A stretch of 64,000 bases of DNA, taken from NCBI GenBank assembly GCA_032718475.1, contig JAUCBJ010003847.1, forward strand, positions 10,428 to 74,427. The letters run 5' to 3'. This stretch comes from Nemertoderma westbladi. Its lineage: Eukaryota; Animalia; Xenacoelomorpha. Both the position numbers and the translations under genes were made by a program. How positions within the stretch are numbered: position 1 is the stretch's first letter; every line of letters starts with the position of its first letter. The notes beneath the pieces are model-generated. The model saw only the letters and a list, made by a program, of their open reading frames with translations, did not search any database and had not been told where the DNA came from. Of this stretch, positions 60,027 through 64,000 are shown in pieces.

Positions 60027-61586
60027 ATGGAGGAGAAAAACCATATTAATTTAACTCCTCCAAAGGAGCGGAAAAAACACCTAAGAAGCCCACTTAGACC
60101 ACGCAGACCTATCGCGCAAAGAAGACAACTAGATAGGATATTCATGAAGTATGATAAGGTAGAAATTAATGAGGATATATCGGAAAGCGCTAACCATGGT
60201 GGGACTAGGAAACTATTCAACATGGATGACATAGTCTCTTGGGATGAAGAAAGAGCTACAAGGTATATTTCTAAGGATGTAATCGGACGCGTTATACAAA
60301 GCACCCCATTTAGAGTTGTGATTGTTTTACTAATTATAGTGAATTCAATCATGATTGGAGTTCAGACAATGGAACCTCTCATGCGTGAATACGAAAGTTT
60401 CTTTGCAGCATTTGACATATCGCTAACCACGATATTTGTTGGAGAAATATTGTTAAAATGGAGGTATAATTTCTTCTTGTATTGGAAGAGTGGATGGAAT
60501 TTTCTGGACGTTATACTCATTGGAGCAGTCCTTATAGAAGGTAACCTAAAGTTTTTAGTGAGTGGTCGTGTGTTAAGGATACTTAGAGTCCTTAGGGCAT
60601 TGAGAACCTTCCGTGGTACCCAGTTTTTTTTTGGATTATCCACTCTGATACAAACTATCCTCTACTCTCTTCCAGACATGGCTAATATCGCTATGCTTCT
60701 ATTAATTGTTATGATGATGTTTTCCGTAGGCGGCTCCATTCTATTTGGGTCTGAATATCCAGATTATTTTGGTAATTTTGGAAATGCGTTGTATACAAAC
60801 TTTATCTGCGTCACTCAGGATGGATGGGTTGAAATATACAGAAAAAAGATGATCTTGAGCGAACTACCGACCCACGCGGCAATATATTTTATGTTATCAA
60901 TTATAATTGGAGCTTTTGTTTTTGCGAATATAATTATCGCTGTGGTTGTAACTAATTTAGATAAATCAATTCGGGCAAAAGAAGAGGCCCCGGATGCCAT
61001 AAAAGACAAAATTAAAAAGCTCGCATTCACTAACAGAATAGGCTGGTCGGAGCTTGAATGTAAAATTCCAATGGTTCACCCGAATGTGTCAATGTCTAGT
61101 TACAATGTGTTCAAACAAAAACCATTGGAACTTATCGATTTCTCCAGAGTACATCCATATAGACTGGAAACATATTTTCTTATAATTCTTGCTTTGGAAG
61201 AAAATCTCAAACAATATCGGATACTTCGTGAAAGACTCCAAAGGGTTGTTGAAAAACAAAACGAATACAGTCACAATTTACAAATGAAAAGGAAAGAGAC
61301 TGTCTTGGAACCAAAATCAAAACTTCGGCGATCATCATCTATTGATTACGAGCTTATGGGCGAATTAACGCGCAGAGGAGATATAGTTTCGGGAATCGTT
61401 GAGATGGATAAACGGAACATGTTGGAGAAAGATGATGGACGTGGTGGTATCATTGAATTAGTGCGACCTCAAACCCAGAAACAAACTACTGCTGCCAAAA
61501 ATCTAGTGAGGAAAGGATCGTTGACCACCTTGTATGGAGTCCAAGGTCGACAGAGAGATGACAGAGAGAATAACAAAAACAGATAA
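60027..61586 (+). CDS. CATSPER4: CatSper4-like cation channel, copy A' (single ORF, recent paralog of copy A; ORF open from 59955)
   Basis: About 19 aa differences from copy A plus a longer C-terminal tail; identical S4 and TQDGW pore. Confidence 0.87.
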   Translation: MEEKNHINLTPPKERKKHLRSPLRPRRPIAQRRQLDRIFMKYDKVEINEDISESANHGGTRKLFNMDDIVSWDEERATRYISKDVIGRVIQSTPFRVVIVLLIIVNSIMIGVQTMEPLMREYESFFAAFDISLTTIFVGEILLKWRYNFFLYWKSGWNFLDVILIGAVLIEGNLKFLVSGRVLRILRVLRALRTFRGTQFFFGLSTLIQTILYSLPDMANIAMLLLIVMMMFSVGGSILFGSEYPDYFGNFGNALYTNFICVTQDGWVEIYRKKMILSELPTHAAIYFMLSIIIGAFVFANIIIAVVVTNLDKSIRAKEEAPDAIKDKIKKLAFTNRIGWSELECKIPMVHPNVSMSSYNVFKQKPLELIDFSRVHPYRLETYFLIILALEENLKQYRILRERLQRVVEKQNEYSHNLQMKRKETVLEPKSKLRRSSSIDYELMGELTRRGDIVSGIVEMDKRNMLEKDDGRGGIIELVRPQTQKQTTAAKNLVRKGSLTTLYGVQGRQRDDRENNKNR

Positions 61587-62306
61587 CTTTAATATTTAAT
61601 GTACTAATTTAATTTACTGCAGGACTTTTAAACAAATTTTCCTGTAAAATTACATCGTAAGGTCAACGAGAGAATGGAGTTACGACCGGTTGGTTTGAGG
61701 ATGGTCCTGAATCCCTTTCTAGTTGGTCTGTCTGTATAGTGTATATGTCCTAGTCGGTAGGCCACGGCAGACGGGGAACAGCGCCGACCTTGGGTTGATT
61801 ACCACAAAAGTAGATCTGGTATGGCCTCGTCTTTACTTCTCCAACAGTGCGCACTGAATCATAGTTTGCAAAATAAATATTGACTTCAAAACTTATAATC
61901 TAGCACCTTATAAGTTAAAAGAGCGAGTCATTTTAATATCCCAGCAGAAGTGAGGATTTTCATTCGAAAAACGGTAGAATCTCTTATGACTCTAATAAAT
62001 AATACCAATACCTATACCTGCGCGGAGGGAAAGTGTTTAAAGTTAGTCATATCCAAAAAAAATCTTACAACTTGAAAGTCTGCGATGTTTGAATAAAACC
62101 CGCCCATTTACTGTTTATGTAATGCACAGCAATAGAAAAAATATGATTTATGTGCCAAAATTCACGAGGAAGAGGCTGGTGACACCAAAAACATGTAAAA
62201 TAGTAATTGATATAATCAAATTGTAAATTAATTACAAATAGTACAACAAATTAATAAGAAAAAATTAGCACGACATTAGTGAGTAACTAAGGTAACGTAA
62301 CTAGAG

Positions 62307-63175
62307 TTAGAGCCAGAAGTGACATGTAACTGGATCCATTCTGTAAACTGTCGTAACCGGTCTAGCGAAGTAGGAACACTTCATCGAGGCTAGCTTGGGT
62401 GGGGAGGGACCCATGATGGCGCTGGCATTCCCATGGGTGATGGCAATCGATAGCCGCTGGAACAGGAAGGAGGTGGACCTTGGTTCCCCGGTGGCGCGGG
62501 CGATTCGGCGACCGATCTCATTGAGGAGAACGGTGCCCTCATCACCGATTGGGCCGAGGGTTTCGGAGGCAACCGTCACAAAGTGATAGTTGTGAGCCAG
62601 GTCGGCGTATTTTGCAGCTTTGGTTGCCTCAGCCGCTGTGGCAGCACCCCCTTCGGTTATCGATGTAATCGGGAGATAGGATTGGGCTAAGGTATCCCGG
62701 CAGGTGAAGTCCCAAACGAGGCTACGACCTTGGTGCCAAGGGGCGACAGACATACCGTCTGGTTTCCGGCCATCCTTGCAGAGGTCGCGGGGCTCGAGGG
62801 TGGATGATATACCGGCAGATGACAGGGCGCGGTGGTTCACATCATTGGCCTCAGCGTGGCGGGAGTATTTACCACAGTTGTGGAGGCAGCTGAGACCATG
62901 GGTCCTGCTTGTGTCGACTACAGCATCACAGCCTCGACAAGAATGCTCGGCACAGACTGGCATGCCGAGACGGATGGCGGTGCCGATCCAGACCTGGTCG
63001 TCGCTAAGAAGGAGCCCCAGGGAAGCGATGGGGAGCACCTGGAGCCAATCACCTGAGTGTTTAGCCTTAGAGGCTATGAGTCGGGCCTTCGCTTTGGGGG
63101 TGTTGGCAGAAGCTAGGAGGGAGTCGTAGGTTTTGGAGCACAGGGGATCATCCCAGGCCTTTTGGACAGATGGGT
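62307..63175 (-). mobile_element. 3' fragment of CRE-like non-LTR retrotransposon (Zn knuckle and RLE)
   Basis: IRLG, C.GC...HGLSC, RHAEAND, RKPDG...PW..GRSLVWDFTC.DT, K.AKY, ETLG, FQRLSIAI..GNA. Confidence 0.85.
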
Positions 63176-63182
63176 TACATTA

Positions 63183-63338
63183 TAGTATATTGGACTGGAT
63201 AGATCTACAGAAACAAACTCATTGAGGTTAGTATATTGGACTGGATCGATATACAGAAACAAACTCATTGAGGTTAGTATATTGGACTGGATCGATCTAC
63301 AGAAACAAACTCTTTGAGGTTAGTATATTGGACTGGAC
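63183..63338. repeat. 46-bp tandem repeat x3+
   Basis: TAGTATATTGGACTGGATCGATCTACAGAAACAAACTCATTGAGGT units. Confidence 0.9.
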
Positions 63339-63355
63339 TGCCATATATAATTATA

Positions 63356-63847
63356 CAGGTTGGTTAGTGTGGTGCCCTCCTTGGTTTACAGGTTAGTTAG
63401 TGTGGTGCCCGCCTTGGCTTACAGGTTAGTAAGTGTGGTGCCCTCCATTGGCTCACAGGTTGGTTAGTGTGGTGCCCTCCTTGGCTTACAGGTTAGTTAG
63501 TGTGGTGCCCTCCTTGGCGTACAGGTTGGTTAGTGTGGTGCCCTCCATTGGCTTACAGGTTAGTTAGCGTGGTGCCCTCCTTGGCTTGCAGGTTAGTTAA
63601 TGTAGGTTAGTTAATGTGGTGACCTCCTTGGCTTACAGGTTGGTTAGTGTGGTGCCCTCCTTGGTTTACAGGTTAGTTAGTGTGGTGCCCGCCTTGGCTT
63701 ACAGGTTAGTTAGTGTGGTGCCCTCCTTGGCTTACAGGTTGGTTAGTGTGGTGCCCTCCTTTGCTTACATGTTAGTTAGTGTGGTGCTTGGTGCCCTCCT
63801 TGGCGTACAGGTTGGTTAGTGTGGTGCCCTCCATTGGCTTACAGGTT
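63356..63847. repeat. 33-34-bp minisatellite (~14 units)
   Basis: ACAGGTTRGTTAGTGTGGTGCCCTCCTTGGCTT head-to-tail, no spacers. Confidence 0.92.
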
Positions 63848-64000
63848 CCATTCCATTGGAGAGGCACCATCCATGGAGCGCAGTTAAACATGCCTGTATA
63901 TCCTCCTTATTGTTCGAGTAGATAATGAGATCGTCGGCATAGAACAGGAATTTAATAATGGCAATGCCTGCTGAACGGATAATGGCTGCGAGGTCAGCAA
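63848..64000 (-). mobile_element. LINE reverse-transcriptase fragment (runs off window)
   Basis: Minus-strand translation KFLFYADDLIIYSNNKEDIQACLTALHGWCLSNGM. Confidence 0.75.

Noticed and set aside
63356-63847. CRISPR-like 33-bp periodic array (also 975-1071, 55026-55520, 63183-63338)
   Set aside because: Units are head-to-tail with no unique spacers, no cas genes are present, and the context is eukaryotic; these are minisatellites.

Overview
AT-rich, repeat-dense animal (invertebrate-like) genomic DNA. The left half is a nested stack of mobile elements. A decayed minus-strand Ty3/Gypsy LTR retrotransposon (~4511-27979) carries a complete 18.1-kb Polinton/Maverick (5604-23747; 708-bp TIRs, AGTAGT ends, AGCGCT target-site duplication) inside its integrase Zn-finger, plus a BEL/Pao solo LTR inside its 5' LTR. 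The Polinton encodes packaging ATPase, integrase, two pentons, major capsid, adenain protease and pPolB. Its accessory genes include a RING protein, a DEDD-like nuclease and an intact TATA-binding-protein-like ORF; a long fold-back hairpin lies near the right TIR. The right half holds three intronless, co-oriented CatSper4-like sperm cation-channel genes (pore TQDGW) in A-B-A' order. They are separated by RTE and CRE-like LINE fragments, BEL/Pao elements (one pol-less, with LTRs and TSD), a tRNA/Nin-core SINE, MITEs and minisatellites. All family assignments come from motif recognition by eye; no database searches were run.
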